This document shows, piece after piece, positions 25,512-39,406 of a DNA stretch of 64,000 nt. The stretch spans positions 20,286,464-20,350,463 of the forward strand of contig NC_043011.1 of NCBI RefSeq assembly GCF_006345805.1. Reading direction: 5' to 3'. The DNA is from Octopus sinensis. Lineage: Eukaryota. Positions within the stretch are counted from its first letter, which is position 1, and each line of letters begins with the position of its first letter. The notes under the pieces are model-generated. The model saw nothing but the letters and a program-made list of their open reading frames with translations, searched no databases and had not been told where the DNA came from. The position numbers and the translations under genes are program-made.

Positions 25512-25700
25512 TGTGGTAGGCCATCCTTTCCATTTTATTGAATATTAGCGATGAGAAAGTTCTATGGCGTTATCAGAGATTTGGAGCGTCAACGAAAGTT
25601 AACTGGACAGATTTTTAACGGATAACTTTCAGCCCAAGGACTATGGAGAACTCCCCAAAATTGCTGGCCTATTGAAGATAGACCGGCTACATTTTTATGG
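25512..25700 (+). mobile_element. Tx1-type fragment, inverted relative to neighbouring copy
   Basis: gtaggccatcctttccattttatt...aaagttaactggacag matches minus-strand 25225-25020. Confidence 0.65.
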
Positions 25701-25789
25701 AAGGTAAGTAAAAACAGTTTTTCTCAAAATCTCTCGTGGAAGAGTCATCCAACCAAAGTACAAATATATGGGAAACTACCACCTGTATC

Positions 25790-26045
25790 ATCTCTTGTGA
25801 AAGGTTGAAGAGGCCAGTTTGCTGGACATTGCTGCAGAGCTGAAAACAAGGTAATTTCTACTCCTCTCCTCTGGAAGCCATCTGCTCGCGATACCAGAGG
25901 GCGCATACTCTCCTACCCTGATGTAATCTCCAGGGATACAGGCATCCAGCAACAGGACCTCCGTAATGCTATGATAGACCGCGAAGTCTGGCGTAACATA
26001 GTAAATTCCATTGTCTCGACCACGGTCGAACAATGATGATGAAGA
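25790..26045 (+). mobile_element. RTE-X-type LINE 3' end
   Basis: QFAGHCCRAENKVISTPLLWKPS...SYPDVISRDTGIQQQDLRNAMIDREVWRNIVNSIVSTTVEQ* followed by (GAT)n tail. Confidence 0.85.
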
Positions 26046-26188
26046 GGTGATGGCTGTAGCGAAAGAAGTGGCAATGTAGATAAAGTTAAAAGGATAAGTG
26101 ACACTTCTACACCTCTTTAGCCAAGCTCTTGTCAGCTTCTTGACTTTATATTGGAGAGAAAAGGGAAAGTAGAGACAGAAGTATTACC

Positions 26189-26402
26189 CTTTACTCTCTT
26201 TTTACTCTTTTTACTTGTTTCAGTCATTTGACTGCGGCCATGGTGCGGCACCGCCTTTAGTCGAGCAAATCAACCCCAGGACTTATTCTGTAAGCCTAGT
26301 ACTTATTCTATCGGTATATTTTGCCGAATCGCTTAGTTACGGGGACGTAGACACGCCAGCATCGGTTGTCAAGTGATGTTGGGGGACAAACACACAAACA
26401 TA

Positions 26403-26469
<67 letters not shown>

Positions 26470-26633
26470 TCGACGGGCTTCTTTCAGTTTTCCGTCTACC
26501 AAATCCACTCACAAGGCTTTGGTCGGTCCGAGGCTATAGTAAAGACACTTGCCCAAGGTGCCACGCAGTGGGACTGAATCCGGAACCACGTGGTTGGTAA
26601 GCAAGCTACTTACCACACAGCCACTCCTGCGCC
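26189..26633 (-). mobile_element. SINE family A, full length
   Basis: Head, internal (TA)n, body and (taaaaagag)n tail all present. Confidence 0.95.
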
Positions 26634-27190
26634 GAATGTAAATATATTAAAATAAGGATTTGAGAAATGTACCCGAAGAACGGACTGCGCAGCTGGAAAA
26701 GGGCACTTTCACCCTGTAGTCAAGAGTGTCCTCGATCTCTGGTATTTCGTGGTTCACTGAAGGCTCTGCGATTCGCAACCTTCCATTGGAATTCTTCATT
26801 TTATATATTTGGAACACATTTGTATTCCAACTTTTTTTTTTGGCCATAATTTATTCTGCCTAAATCCCTCAACCCTGTCTTTTATCATTTACCCTTGTAG
26901 TGTCCTAAATATCTCTCTAAATACATTATAGAACTTAATTTTGCTTACTGTATATACTTCTACATTCTTCCCGTTTTGTCAACCATTCCGTTTCAATATA
27001 AAATCCTCCTCACCTTTTACAACCTGATCACGTAATGTCACCACATCCTTCTCTCTTGAGGCAAATAAAAGAAATCAGTATCATTTATTAGTAGTTGTTG
27101 TAGTTGCAGTAATATTAACGTTGTTCTTTCAGCTCTTATTCTTCATCTTACAATTTTTACTTTCTTTTTTAATCTTCCTTTATTGTTTCT

Positions 27191-27249
<59 letters not shown>

Positions 27250-27540
27250 GTCGTTGAAATCGTTATCTGATGTTCTTGTAGTTGCTTCTTTTTTTTTTTT
27301 TACTCGTAAACGTTTTTCTTTCTTTCGTTTATTGTGCTTCTTCGTATATGTGTTGTTGTTTTTTTCATTGCTTAATGCATTTTTTACCCTTGTCGCTATT
27401 GTTAATGTTTGTTCGTGTATTATCTTTTCGTTGTTTTCTAGCCGTTCTTGTCCTTGCAGATACGTTTGAAAAATTACAAAAGACCAACCTCGAGTTAATT
27501 TTTATACTATTTATATGCGCGTGTATAGTATGAATGTATG

Positions 27541-27649
27541 CATATATATATATATACACATATATATATACATACATATATACATATATATATATATACA
27601 CATATATATATATACACATAATATATATACATATATTATATTACATATC

Positions 27650-27699
<50 letters not shown>

Positions 27700-27723
27700 T
27701 ATACATATATATATATATTATAC

Positions 27724-27754
<31 letters not shown>

Positions 27755-27959
27755 CACAAAATTTATATACATGTATATATATACATATATATAATATATA
27801 TATATATACATATATATACATATATATACATATATATATACATTATATATATACATATATAGTATAACATATATATACATATATATACATACATATATAT
27901 ACATATATAATACATATATATACACATATATATATATACATATATATATACATATATAT

Positions 27960-28000
<41 letters not shown>

Positions 28001-28080
28001 TAATATATATATATATATATATATACATATATAATATATATATATAATATATATATATATATTATATATATTATATATAT
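27541..28080. repeat. Compound (TA)n/(CA)-interrupted microsatellite
   Basis: Direct reading. Confidence 0.95.
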
Positions 28081-29099
28081 AAAGCGTGTGTTTGTGTGTG
28101 TGCATTATCACCATGTATGTATATATGTGTGTATGTATTTGAGTGCGTGTGTGTATAATTTTTTTAGAGAAATTAATGTTTCCTACGTAGTTAAGCCTTT
28201 TATTGTCGAATTTTTTTTCTTCTTTTATCATTTATTATCGTTGTCATCAATATCATCCTTATCATCATTGTTGTTGCTGTTGTTGCTGTTGTTGTTCTCG
28301 ATCTTGTTATTCTTGCTTTCCTTATTCTTGTTTGCTATTATTTTCCTTTTGTTTCCTTTTCAAATTCACTTACATTTTGTTTTTACCTTTTCAGCTGCTA
28401 AACTTGGTTTTTCTGCTTCCCCTTATTCCTCATTATTATCCTTATCGCTATCGTCATCTTTTTGCTTCCCCTTCTGTTCTTGTTCATCTTCATCTTCCTC
28501 TTCATCTTTTCTTCTTCTTCTTCTTCCTTTTTTTCTTCTTCTTCTTCATCTACTATTACTGCTTCGTTTTCGTTTTTTTTTTTCTCTTTTGCTTCAACTT
28601 CTTTCCAGTCCCCGTTAAATCCTCAATCAGTTTGATACATCTTTCTCTAAATAAGAAACCCATTATCCAGTACATCTTAATCATCGTCATCATCATTATC
28701 CGGCAGCAGAAGCAACGGTGAGTCTCAAGTAATTTTTCAGGCTCAGCGATGAGTAAAGTTGACTGACGTAAACGCATGAAAACTTTAGTTGTGAGAAAAT
28801 CATCCAGTAATATATATAGATAAATAGATTGATAAAGTGAAATAGATTGGCGATTTTAGCTACATGCCAAGCATTTATAACCATTAAGTGCCATAAAAAC
28901 CTTGCATCAACCCCAAATGCAGATTAATCGACCCTGCTAAGTTCGAGATAGATCTAGCAACTATGAAAATTCTAAAGAACATTAACAATAAAATTAGGAA
29001 GGTTATAAAATAATGTTAGTGTATTGACGTCATTAGATAATTCATGAATATCAAAGACGAACCCATCTAGAGGTTTACTAAATTCAAAATTGTCAACTC

Positions 29100-29285
29100 T
29101 TACCAGTCTATTACCAAAGCCCTAAATTCTGCGCTATAGATTTTGCGAAATGCTACAATGCAACAGTAACCCTCGGTTGCATAAGGCAGGGATTTTGGGG
29201 AGTTGTCTATAGCTCTTGGGTTGAAAGTTTTCCGGTAAAAAGCTGTCCAGTTAACTTTAGTTGGCGCCCCAAATCTCCCCGATAA
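29100..29285 (-). mobile_element. Tx1-type LINE fragment
   Basis: Shares aaagttaactggacagctttt and ccaaaatccctg with 25020-25160; RKTFNPRAIDNSPKSL. Confidence 0.6.
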
Positions 29286-29529
29286 AACAATAACCCTAAC
29301 TAAAAAATATACACAGAAATGGGCACACAAAAGCGCGCACACACATACATACAATCACAAATATATATTCCCATGTACACTCACACAAAAATTCATACTT
29401 AGACATAGACACATAAATAAAATGCATGCGAGAAAAACACATTTGTTTGACAAGAACACTGCCTGCATTAATAGACCTGACTCAACAGGTTCCTTCGAAT
29501 AACCATGGATTCATATGACAGGGTGGACT

Positions 29530-29791
29530 TTTTTCTTTTACTCTTTTAGTTGTTTCATTCATTTGGCTGCGGCCATTCTGGAGCACTGCCTTAAGGAGTT
29601 TTAGTTCAAGAAATCGCCCGCAGGACTTATTCTTTATAAGCCTGGTGCTTATTCTGTCGTCTCTTTTGCCGAACTGCTGAGTTACGGGAACATAAACACA
29701 CCACCATCGGTTGTCAAGCAATGATGAGGAACAAATACACCACAACACACACACACACACACACACACACACCACACACACACACATATAT

Positions 29792-29843
<52 letters not shown>

Positions 29844-29998
29844 GACGGGCTTCTTCAGTTTCGTCAACCAAATCCAGTCACAAGACTTTGTTCGGGCCAA
29901 CGCTATAGAAGGAAACACTTGCACAAAGTGCGACGCAGTGGGACTGAACCCTGAACCAGGTAGTTGGGAAGCAAGCTTCTTACCACACAGCCACGCGG
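29530..29998 (-). mobile_element. SINE family A, full length, diverged
   Basis: Head, internal (CA)n(TA)n, body, tail. Confidence 0.9.
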
Positions 29999-30518
29999 CA
30001 TTTTTGATGTACGTGATAAGAAACAGACAACGGCTGACACTGGTCTGTCCAGAAGGGATAGTGTAACTCTGACCAAAACCAAGGATGGTCACATTTTACA
30101 CAACTAAAATTAGGAAAAGCCATCAGGCAGAGATTTAACAGGCACCAACCTTAAAATAACTCAAGCCATTAGCCTAACTACTATTGATTTCTTTGGAGTT
30201 GCAATAGAAAAACAAGTAAAAATATTCTAATATTAATACAGTTTCATGTCATCCAAACACACAGTATTCAACAGCCACGTCGTAAATATTCGCAGAGGAG
30301 AACCAATCTGTCCTCGAAGATGGAAATATTCTATATAGTAACTCGATGCTAAAAAGCTTTACAAGATAACGGAGTGATGGAAATTGCCTACAAGCATCCA
30401 CTCCTACTTTCACTAATAAAAATTTTAAAAACCAGTAATTGTAATATCATAAAGATCCCATGCACATTTTCAATCAATGAAATATATTTATGTATGTGCA
30501 TTCCATAAATATAAACAT

Positions 30519-30519
<1 letters not shown>

Positions 30520-30583
<64 letters not shown>

Positions 30584-30606
30584 GAGAGAGATAGATAGAT
30601 AGATAA

Positions 30607-30673
<67 letters not shown>

Positions 30674-30830
30674 GATAGATAGATAGATAGATGGATTGAT
30701 AGATTGATGGATGGATGGATGGATTCATTCATTCATTCATACATACATACATACATACATACATACATACATACATACATACATACATACATACATACAT
30801 ACATACATACATACATACACAGACAGACAG
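30520..30830. repeat. (GATA)n-(TGGA)n-(TACA)n compound microsatellite
   Basis: Direct reading. Confidence 0.95.
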
Positions 30831-31453
30831 ACAACATACATACATATTGCACTCTGGTTACTAGTGTTTATGTGTCAGTGTTTGTGTTCCTGTATGAAAT
30901 TTTGTGTGAATGCATGTACATGGCCATATATTTGTGAGTGTGTGCACGTTACTTGTATGTGCGTTTGCGCATGTATTTCTGCATATATTTGTAGTTAGGG
31001 GTTATTGCTTTATTTCATATCAAGATAGATAGATTTTACTCCATAAATGTACACTAACTTATACATATAGAGACATATATCCGAATACATATACATATAT
31101 ATTTATGTATATATATATGCTTATATGTATATGTATATATACATGTATATATATATATGTATATGTATATATATATATATGTATATATATCTATGTATAT
31201 GTATATATATATATGTATATATTTATATGTATATACATATATACATATATATGTATATATGTATGTGTGTGTACATATATAACATATATACAGATAGTTA
31301 TGTGTGTATGGATTTATGTATACGTGTGTCTGTATATATTATGCTTGTGTGTACAGATTATATATATATACATATATGTGAATACATAAATATATACATA
31401 TACATATACATACATGTACATATACATATATACACATACATATATACATATGT

Positions 31454-31492
<39 letters not shown>

Positions 31493-32109
31493 CATGTGTA
31501 TATACATTTATGTATGCATGTATGTATGTTTCAACGTATGTTTGTATATATGTATCGATGTATGTAAACACGCAGATATATATATATAGCATGCATTCAT
31601 GTATGTATATATACAGAGAGAGATTTTGATAGAGCAGGAGAACCGAAAAGGAAAAAAAAACCACATTGCGGCCATTGTTCGTGTTATACTTGAAATAACT
31701 GCTGACTGGTCATGTTAGTAGAGTTTATGATAGTAAACAGTTGGTTTCTCATTCGTGGCTAATCGATTTACTCTCCAACACAATAAATCATATTTTCTAG
31801 TATGATGAAATAAAACAATAACCCTAACTACAAATATACACAGAAATACGTACACAAACGCGCACACAAGCAACGCAACGTAACACACACACGTTCGCTA
31901 ATATATGCCCACGCTCATCCAATCACACGAAGACGCATACATGATCGCGAACGCGAACACAGACAGACACATAAACCGTGGTAACCAGAGCGCAATCACA
32001 CACTCACTATGTATAGAATACCAAAGCACATTGTCTATTAAGCAATTGAATTAGTGTCCAACAAGCGATAAACAGATGTCGACATCGAGTTTGCTGAAGT
32101 ATTTTGTAA

Positions 32110-32694
32110 CATATATAGATGTGTGTGTGTGCATGTGTGTGCGTGTGTGTGTGTCTGCATGCATGTATATATATATATATATATCATATTTATATGTGTG
32201 TATGTATATATATATTGGGGTGTAGTTATATATATGTATATATATATGTGTGTGTGTGTATGCATGTATATATATATGTGTGTGTGTGTCTCTGTGTGCT
32301 TGTGTGTATATGCATGTATATATATCATATTTATATTTGTGTGTGTATGTATAGATATATATATGGGGGTGTAATTATATATATGTATATATATATGTGT
32401 GTGTATGTGTGTGTATATGCATGTATATATAGCATATTTATATGTGTGTGTATGTATATATATGGGGGGGTGTAATTATATATATGTTTATATATAAATG
32501 TGTGTGTGTGTCTGTGTGCGTGTGTGTGTCTGTGTGCGTGTGTGTATATGCATATATATATATCATATTTATATATGTGCATGTGTATGTATATGGGGGT
32601 GTAATCATATATATATATGTGTGTGTGTGTGTGTATGTATGCATGTATATATATCATATTTATATACGTGTGTATGTATATGTATATGGGGGTG

Positions 32695-32745
<51 letters not shown>

Positions 32746-32770
32746 ATGTGTATATATATATATATATATA
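32110..32770. repeat. Higher-order repeat built from TA/TG microsatellites (5 units)
   Basis: Recurring anchors tcatattt and G-run+tgtaat at about 32217, 32365, 32464, 32595, 32688. Confidence 0.8.
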
Positions 32771-33785
32771 TACACACACATTTATATAAATGAAATACAT
32801 ATATACATATTTATAGTTGCATACGCATTTTTATATGTTTATGTGTGTGTATGTAGGTATATATGTATGTATGTATGTATGAATATACTTTGTGTGTTTG
32901 CAAATAACACTTTCTTCTTGTCAGATATTAGATATTGAATTTGGCAGTCGAAGCGTGGGTTGATCACCAAACGGCAAACTAAATGGTTGCGTTGCATTAT
33001 AACAAAAAGATGCACCAAACTGCGTAGTGTGATCATGCTCAATACAATTAACTTTGAAATGACCGACCCGTAATACATCTATGTAATTTTATACTATCTA
33101 GAGCTCAGATCTCAAGTTTCTCGCTCGATGAATCTAGGTATAGATCCATTTATACACACGTACGTACGTATGTAAGTATATGCGTATGTTATGTTATGTA
33201 TGTAAGAATGTATGCATGTATGTTTATTATGTATGTACGTATGAGTAATATATTTGTGAAGCGGCAATCACGCTAAAGTAAATCTCTCATGAAAATTTGT
33301 CTAATAGTTCTTTGTATACTATTATGGTGAACATAATACTATGCAGGTCCAGAAACGATGATAGATTTAGGAACAATTACGATCCAAACTGCCAGAAATG
33401 GATACGAAAATTTAAATTAAAATGATAAACAAGGAATTTGCTGCTGCACTATCATGTTTCCAATACATGTCTCTAAGAAAATCTGTACCTTAATTAAGAG
33501 CTTGCCTTTTAGAAAGAAATTTATAAAGCCTTGTGAATGGATTTGGTAAACGGAACCTAGAAGAAACCAGTCGTATACATATATGCATACATGTATGTAT
33601 AGATATACATACATGTCCATATACATATATTTTATGTATATGTAGGTATATGCATATATATACACACACGCGCTCACTCACACATATATGTATACATACA
33701 AACGATACATATACATAAAAATATATGTGCGTATATATATGTAGATATATATGTATGTATGTATGTATATAAACATATATATATA

Positions 33786-33846
<61 letters not shown>

Positions 33847-33852
33847 ATATAT

Positions 33853-33912
<60 letters not shown>

Positions 33913-34319
33913 TCTGTCTGTTTTGCTAGAAAGAGGTAGAAACTGATCAGTCCGGGATGTATCGTTATGGTAAATGTTTTTGATTTTCACTCTCGATGAA
34001 TTTATCCCTTATTTAGGAGCCCTTAATTATATTTCTATATGAATAATATTTTGTCTAATGACTAATTCGTCTTTTGTGCTGGACCACTGGTAGTAATCTA
34101 TGTTATTACCCTTTTTTGATTATATATATATATATATGTATGTATTTATGTATATATCTGTTTGTATGTGAGTCTTTATGTTTGTGTTTGTCCACCACCA
34201 AAGCTTGACAACCGGAGTTGGTTTATTTACGTCCCCTAAGTTAGCAGTCTGGTACAGATGTGCTACCACATGGGGTGGAGACTAAAAGAACTAGACCGAA
34301 TATGCGAAAAATATACTGC

Positions 34320-34500
34320 TAAAGTAAGGACCCAATACTCCAACAACTTATGAGCGAAGGGCCCCCAGGTTTTCAATACCTTGCCAAAAATCTTGAAAAT
34401 CTATGAAACGTAGGTCTTTATCTGAAATGCCAGAAAATGGTAGCAAGAAATCTACTTCGCCAGAACCAATTCCGGAGACAGTACTGGAATGTCAGTTTGG
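34320..34500 (+). mobile_element. Degenerate CR1-type 3' relic
   Basis: VRTQYSNNL*AKGPQVFNTLPK resembles the CR1 tail motif at 35030. Confidence 0.45.
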
Positions 34501-34744
34501 AATGATAAAGGAATCAGTCTAATATCGGTACTCCAACATGAAAAGAGCATCTGGCGTACACAAATCAAAGATTAATTGCATAAAAGAATATGTATATATG
34601 TGTATATGTATGTGTGTATATGTGTGTCTGTTTGTGCACATGCGCGTCAGTTTACGCGCGCTTGTGTGAGTGCGTGTTTGTGTGTGTGTCTGTGTGTGTG
34701 TGTGTGTGCGTGCGTGCGTGTGTGTCTGTGTTTGTGTGTGAGCG

Positions 34745-35215
34745 TCAAATTAATAGCGGAACTTGAGGCAGCTTAGCTGTGCTATACCAGGAAGATTGCT
34801 TCGAAGGAACAGCAGATCTACTGGGGGAGACTGAAAGAGCTGCGACACTACTCCCTGGACGAAGACGGGAGAGGTATGCAGTAATATACGTATGGAAGAT
34901 CTTGGAATGTTGGGCCCCATACTTTGGCATCAAGAGCTATTCTAACCCTCGAACTGGAAGTCACTGCTCTGTTTCAAATGCCCCGGCTACTTTGTCTAGA
35001 GTAAGGGCCATGTACTGCAATAGCTTAGGATTCAAGGGTCCACAACTACTTAAAGTTTTGCCAAAATATCTCAGGGGTCTTTATGGAGTGGGGGTGCTTC
35101 TAAGAAACAACTTGATCTCTTGCTGTCCAAGGTCCCCAGGTGAGCATATATCATGACAAGAAACTCAAAAGAAGGCAGCTGTGTCGAATTCCCTCCTTCA
35201 CCAAAAGCCAACCGT
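34745..35215 (+). mobile_element. CR1-type LINE 3' end
   Basis: YWGRLKELRHYSL, frameshift, RRRERYAVIYVWKIL...YCNSLGFKGPQLLKVLPKYLRGL, frameshift, KKQLDLLLSKVP. Confidence 0.9.
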
Positions 35216-35378
35216 GTAAGACTGGCCACCGAGTAGTTAATTACACTAGTGCTCCAGCATAACCAGAGCCTTTGGGGTGAAACATATAAAAGAAAAAGAA
35301 AAAGAAAGAGCATGCATATATGTATATGCACTTGCATAAACACACACTCATGCACACACACACACGCACACACACACA

Positions 35379-35411
<33 letters not shown>

Positions 35412-35413
<2 letters not shown>

Positions 35414-35610
35414 GCCATGGTAGATCGCTAGCCACTATACCTTTTTCTATTTTCTCTCCCTGTTTATTTCTGTTTTTCGTTCTGCCGAGGAGCGTAGGCT
35501 CAAAACATAAAAGACTTTCTCACTTTCCGAGCGTTAAACTAATACATCTGTTTGTTGTTTACACACCCGTCTCGTCTTTTGTTGGTTTGTTTTTTTTTGT
35601 AAATTCTCAC
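35412..35610 (+). mobile_element. Penelope-like tail with hammerhead relic
   Basis: ctgccga-g-gagc(gtag)gctc-aaaac-ata-aaag; flanked by TA/TATG tracts. Confidence 0.55.
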
Positions 35611-35884
35611 TATATATGTATGTATGTATGATGATAGTCTCTCGTTGTCCATCCGAGAAAGACGGTTCCACAGCTTCTTGCGTCACAACTTTTATTTATA
35701 GGGATCAAATATTTGTGTTTTACATTTAGCTCACTCCCTTAATCAAATTAACGTCACCTGAACATGTGCAGGAAGTGATCGCAGAGCAACTTGTGATGAA
35801 CTGTTTTGCTCAAAATCTCACTTTACTACTGGGTCCAACAGTTGAGACCACGGTGATCACGAATATGTGTGCATATGTATATAT

Positions 35885-36060
35885 ATTCTTTTATCCTTTC
35901 ACTTGTTTCAGTTATTTGATTGCGGCCATGCTGGGTCACCGAACAAATCAGCCCCAGTCTCTTTTCTTTAGGCCTGCTATTTAGTCTATCGGTTCTTTAT
36001 GCCGAACCGCTACGAAACGAGGACAATGGTTGCCAAGCGGTGGTGGGGGACAAACATAAG
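35885..36060 (-). mobile_element. SINE family A 3' fragment
   Basis: ttgcggccatgctgg...gccgaaccgcta...ggggacaaac. Confidence 0.85.
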
Positions 36061-36104
36061 CATGAAGATACACGCACCCACATATATATATATTATATAC
36101 ATAT

Positions 36105-36139
<35 letters not shown>

Positions 36140-36182
36140 GATTATTATACATATATATATATACATATATATATATACATAT

Positions 36183-36229
<47 letters not shown>

Positions 36230-36596
36230 TCGATGTCGCTTGGTCGAATACGTATTTAATTATTAAATGTGAGAATCTATATGGAGCAACGATTATTTTA
36301 GAAAATAGCGATTTTATTACCTTTTGTTTTTCATTTACTTCACGCATCTAACGTAAGAAAGAATATTATAATTCAAAAACATTTACAATTCAAGGGGCAA
36401 CATAGAAAAGGTGCATTTTCGGCCGTACGGAATTTCCTAATTTCGCGAAGGAACGAACCTACGGAAAGAGCAAAAATAACCATAGCTAGCCATATCCTTT
36501 GGAACAAAAATATTTCACCTGTTTAATCTATATGAAGGCCAGCCACATGAGTAGCATTTGTGATCAAACTCTGACTGGTTCGCTATCCTTTATTTT

Positions 36597-36790
36597 TTAA
36601 CTTTTACTAGTTTCAGTCATTGGACTGTAGCTTTACTAGGGCTCTTGAAGGGTATTCGAGTCGATCGAGTTAACCCAAGTGCTTTTATGCCTGGTACATA
36701 CTGTATGAGATTTTCAAGCCGAACAGCTAAGTTAAGGGAACGTAAACAAAGCAACACCGGTTGTCAAGCAGTAGTGGGGACAAACACAAC
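36597..36790 (-). mobile_element. SINE family A 3' fragment
   Basis: tttcagtcattggactg...gccgaacagctaagt...ggggacaaacac. Confidence 0.8.
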
Positions 36791-36993
36791 CAAAAATACA
36801 CATATCACACATACTCATACATACATACATACATACATACATGCATACATACATACATACATACATACATGCGAATAGATGCACACACTTGGGTGCATGC
36901 ATCAAGTTTAACCAGCACACTAACTCAAACATCGGAAACTCTCTTAACTCAAAAAGTGTAGTCGCTTCAGTCGAATAACTAAAAAAATAAAGG

Positions 36994-37072
<79 letters not shown>

Positions 37073-37084
37073 TACGTGTGTGTG

Positions 37085-37380
37085 AGTGGATTTGGTAGGC
37101 AGAAACTGAAAGAAGCTCGTTGTATGTATATATGTGTGTATGTGTGTGTGTGTGTATTTATGTGTATGTGTGTCATTGTTTCTGAGTTTGTCCCCCTACC
37201 ATCGCTTGACAACCGAAGTTGTGTCTACATCCTCGTAACTTAGCGGTTCGGGCCGAAAGAATAAGGACTAAGCTTACAAAGAATAAATCCTTGGATTTGA
37301 TTTCTTCGACTAAAAATTCTTTTAAGGCAGTGCTTCAGCATGGCCGCAGTCAAATGACTGAAACAAATATAAGGAAAAGA
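37085..37380 (+). mobile_element. SINE family A 3' two-thirds
   Basis: gagtggatttggtagg...acttagcggttcgg...catggccgcagtcaaatgactgaaac. Confidence 0.88.
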
Positions 37381-37703
37381 AAAATAGAAAATATATTTCA
37401 ATGTTTAGGTGTTAAATCAAAAGATACTTATCTAACATACTGTCGTTGAATTAATTCAGTGTTTTACTGATTAGAGACAAAGATGTCTAATCATCCAATG
37501 TTGATGTCTGCTAAAACAAGAAAACAAAATTGTTCGTGTGTTTATAAATGAAATTGGTCAATTATGACGTCATAATCGAAATGTATCGAAATTTTCAAAC
37601 CGAGTATAGAGCAAGGAAAAAATATCAAATATATTACCTCCCTTTAATTTTGTGTTGAAAAATAATGATTGAAATGACGCCATATTACTAATATGTACGC
37701 GTA

Positions 37704-38206
37704 TACCGTAAATCCTCGAGTATAATCCTTGAGTATAATACGCAGGGGATTTTTAGGGGGCTGTACCTCTGAAAAACCTAAACCTTGTGTATAATACGCA
37801 CCCCTTCTCTAACTTGAGTCGGGCGTAATTAAGCCAGCAGCACCTGGCTTAATTACGCGCATGCGTAATACAATAATGATGTTCTTAACTGTTATATGAA
37901 TGTAAATATGTTTGCAAATTGTTTTTGTTATATGTTATTCTGTGCTCTGAATACTTTTATTTTAATAAATGTTGCTTACTGCAAGTTATGGATGATTCTT
38001 TTATTTCTTCATTGCTTTCAGGCTTAGCTTAAGGTATTTTCGCGCCCGAAATCACAAAATGCATCTGAATAAACATTGCCAGACAGCAAATAGAGACTCG
38101 GACATTGCTTAGAAGATATTTTTCATTTTTAACATCGTATATAGTACACACTAGAACCTTTAAATTTTGGGGGGAAAATGCGGATTATACTCGAGGATTT
38201 ACGGTA
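37704..38206. mobile_element. pogo/Tigger-type MITE (~500 bp), TA target site
   Basis: Perfect 25-bp IR including TA: taccgtaaatcctcgagtataatcc / ggattatactcgaggatttacggta. Confidence 0.92.
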
Positions 38207-38962
38207 AATGTGAGATCTTATGGAGAGTTACACGTCCTGCTAGAAACAACAGCCAAGTCTCCCTCGATTCAACCAAAAAAGACATATCATAATGGTAAAA
38301 ACCAAACCTTGACTAGGATATCTTTTAGAAAAAACATCTAAGTAAATGTAAATATGGTACAATGTATATAGTGAGTCGATAGAATATGAAATAAAATTTT
38401 TTAAATACGAAGTTTTCAGTTTAACAGTATTCAAAATGTATTTATTATGCCTTTGCTGGAGAAGATAACATAAATTTCCATAAATTTACCCAATTATAAA
38501 TGGCTATTACAACACCTTTTTCCTGAAAATGAATAACTTCCTAATTTTATCACCGAAACTTCGCATTGAAACTGAATATACATCTTATATTAACTGTAGC
38601 ATATAAATGGACAAACAATTTAAATTTTAAATTTTACCATTTTGCCGTCATTAAAGGGATGAATATCGAACTAGTGTGTGCGCGCGCGCGTGTGTGTGCG
38701 CGCGCGCGTGTGTGTGTGTGTAGTAAATTGCGGTTCCATAATTGAAATCTATCAAAATTTTAAACCAACTATAGAACAGCTTAATATATACATGTTCATG
38801 TTTATAGCTTCATCTTCGATTTCCAACGTTAACAACTGACACACACACACACACACATTCCGTTACGACGAAGTCTCATACGGGAGCAGTAATTTTCAAA
38901 CGCTGATTTACCCCCGTAGTATCGAAACTGGAGCATTTGTATGTCTTTTACTTGCATCCGAT

Positions 38963-39406
38963 AGATTGATAGAGTAAAGGCGGCGAGCTGGCAGAAACGT
39001 TAGCACACCGGGCGAAATGCGTAGCCATATTTCGTCTTCCGTTACGTTCTGAGTTCAAATTCCGCCGAGGTCGACTTTGCCTTTCATCCTTTCGGGGTCG
39101 ATAAATTAAGTACCAGTTACGCACTGGGGTCGATGTAATCGGCTTAATCCGTTTGTCTGTCCTTGTTTGTCCCCTCTATGTTTAGCCCCTTGTGAGTAAT
39201 AAAGAAACAGGTATTTCGTCTGCCGCTACGTTCTGAGTTCAAATTCCACCGAGGTCAACTTTGCCTTCCATCCTTTCGGGGTCGATCAAATAAGTACCAG
39301 TTACGCACTGGGGTCGATATAATCGACTTAATCCGTTTGTCTGTCCTTGTTTGTCCTCTCTGTATGTAGCCCCTTGTGGGCAGTAAAGAAATAAGATTGA
39401 TAGAGT
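38963..39406 (+). mobile_element. SINE family B dimer, full head, 13-bp TSD
   Basis: TSD agattgatagagt at 38963-38975 and 39394-39406; body repeated from ggtatttcgtctgccg. Confidence 0.95.

Noticed and set aside
28650-28722. Strong donor gtgagt as an exon end
   Set aside because: Upstream frame is low-complexity (IIVIIII) with no coherent acceptor
32900-33080. Non-repetitive stretch with two open minus-strand frames
   Set aside because: No convincing splice pair or recognisable motif
35740-35850. Mariner HTH-like fragment (SPEHVQEV / SDRRATCDEL)
   Set aside because: Too short and degenerate to support a feature call
38676-38720. (GT)/(GC) alternating tract as functional Z-DNA
   Set aside because: Short, and such tracts are common in this microsatellite-rich background
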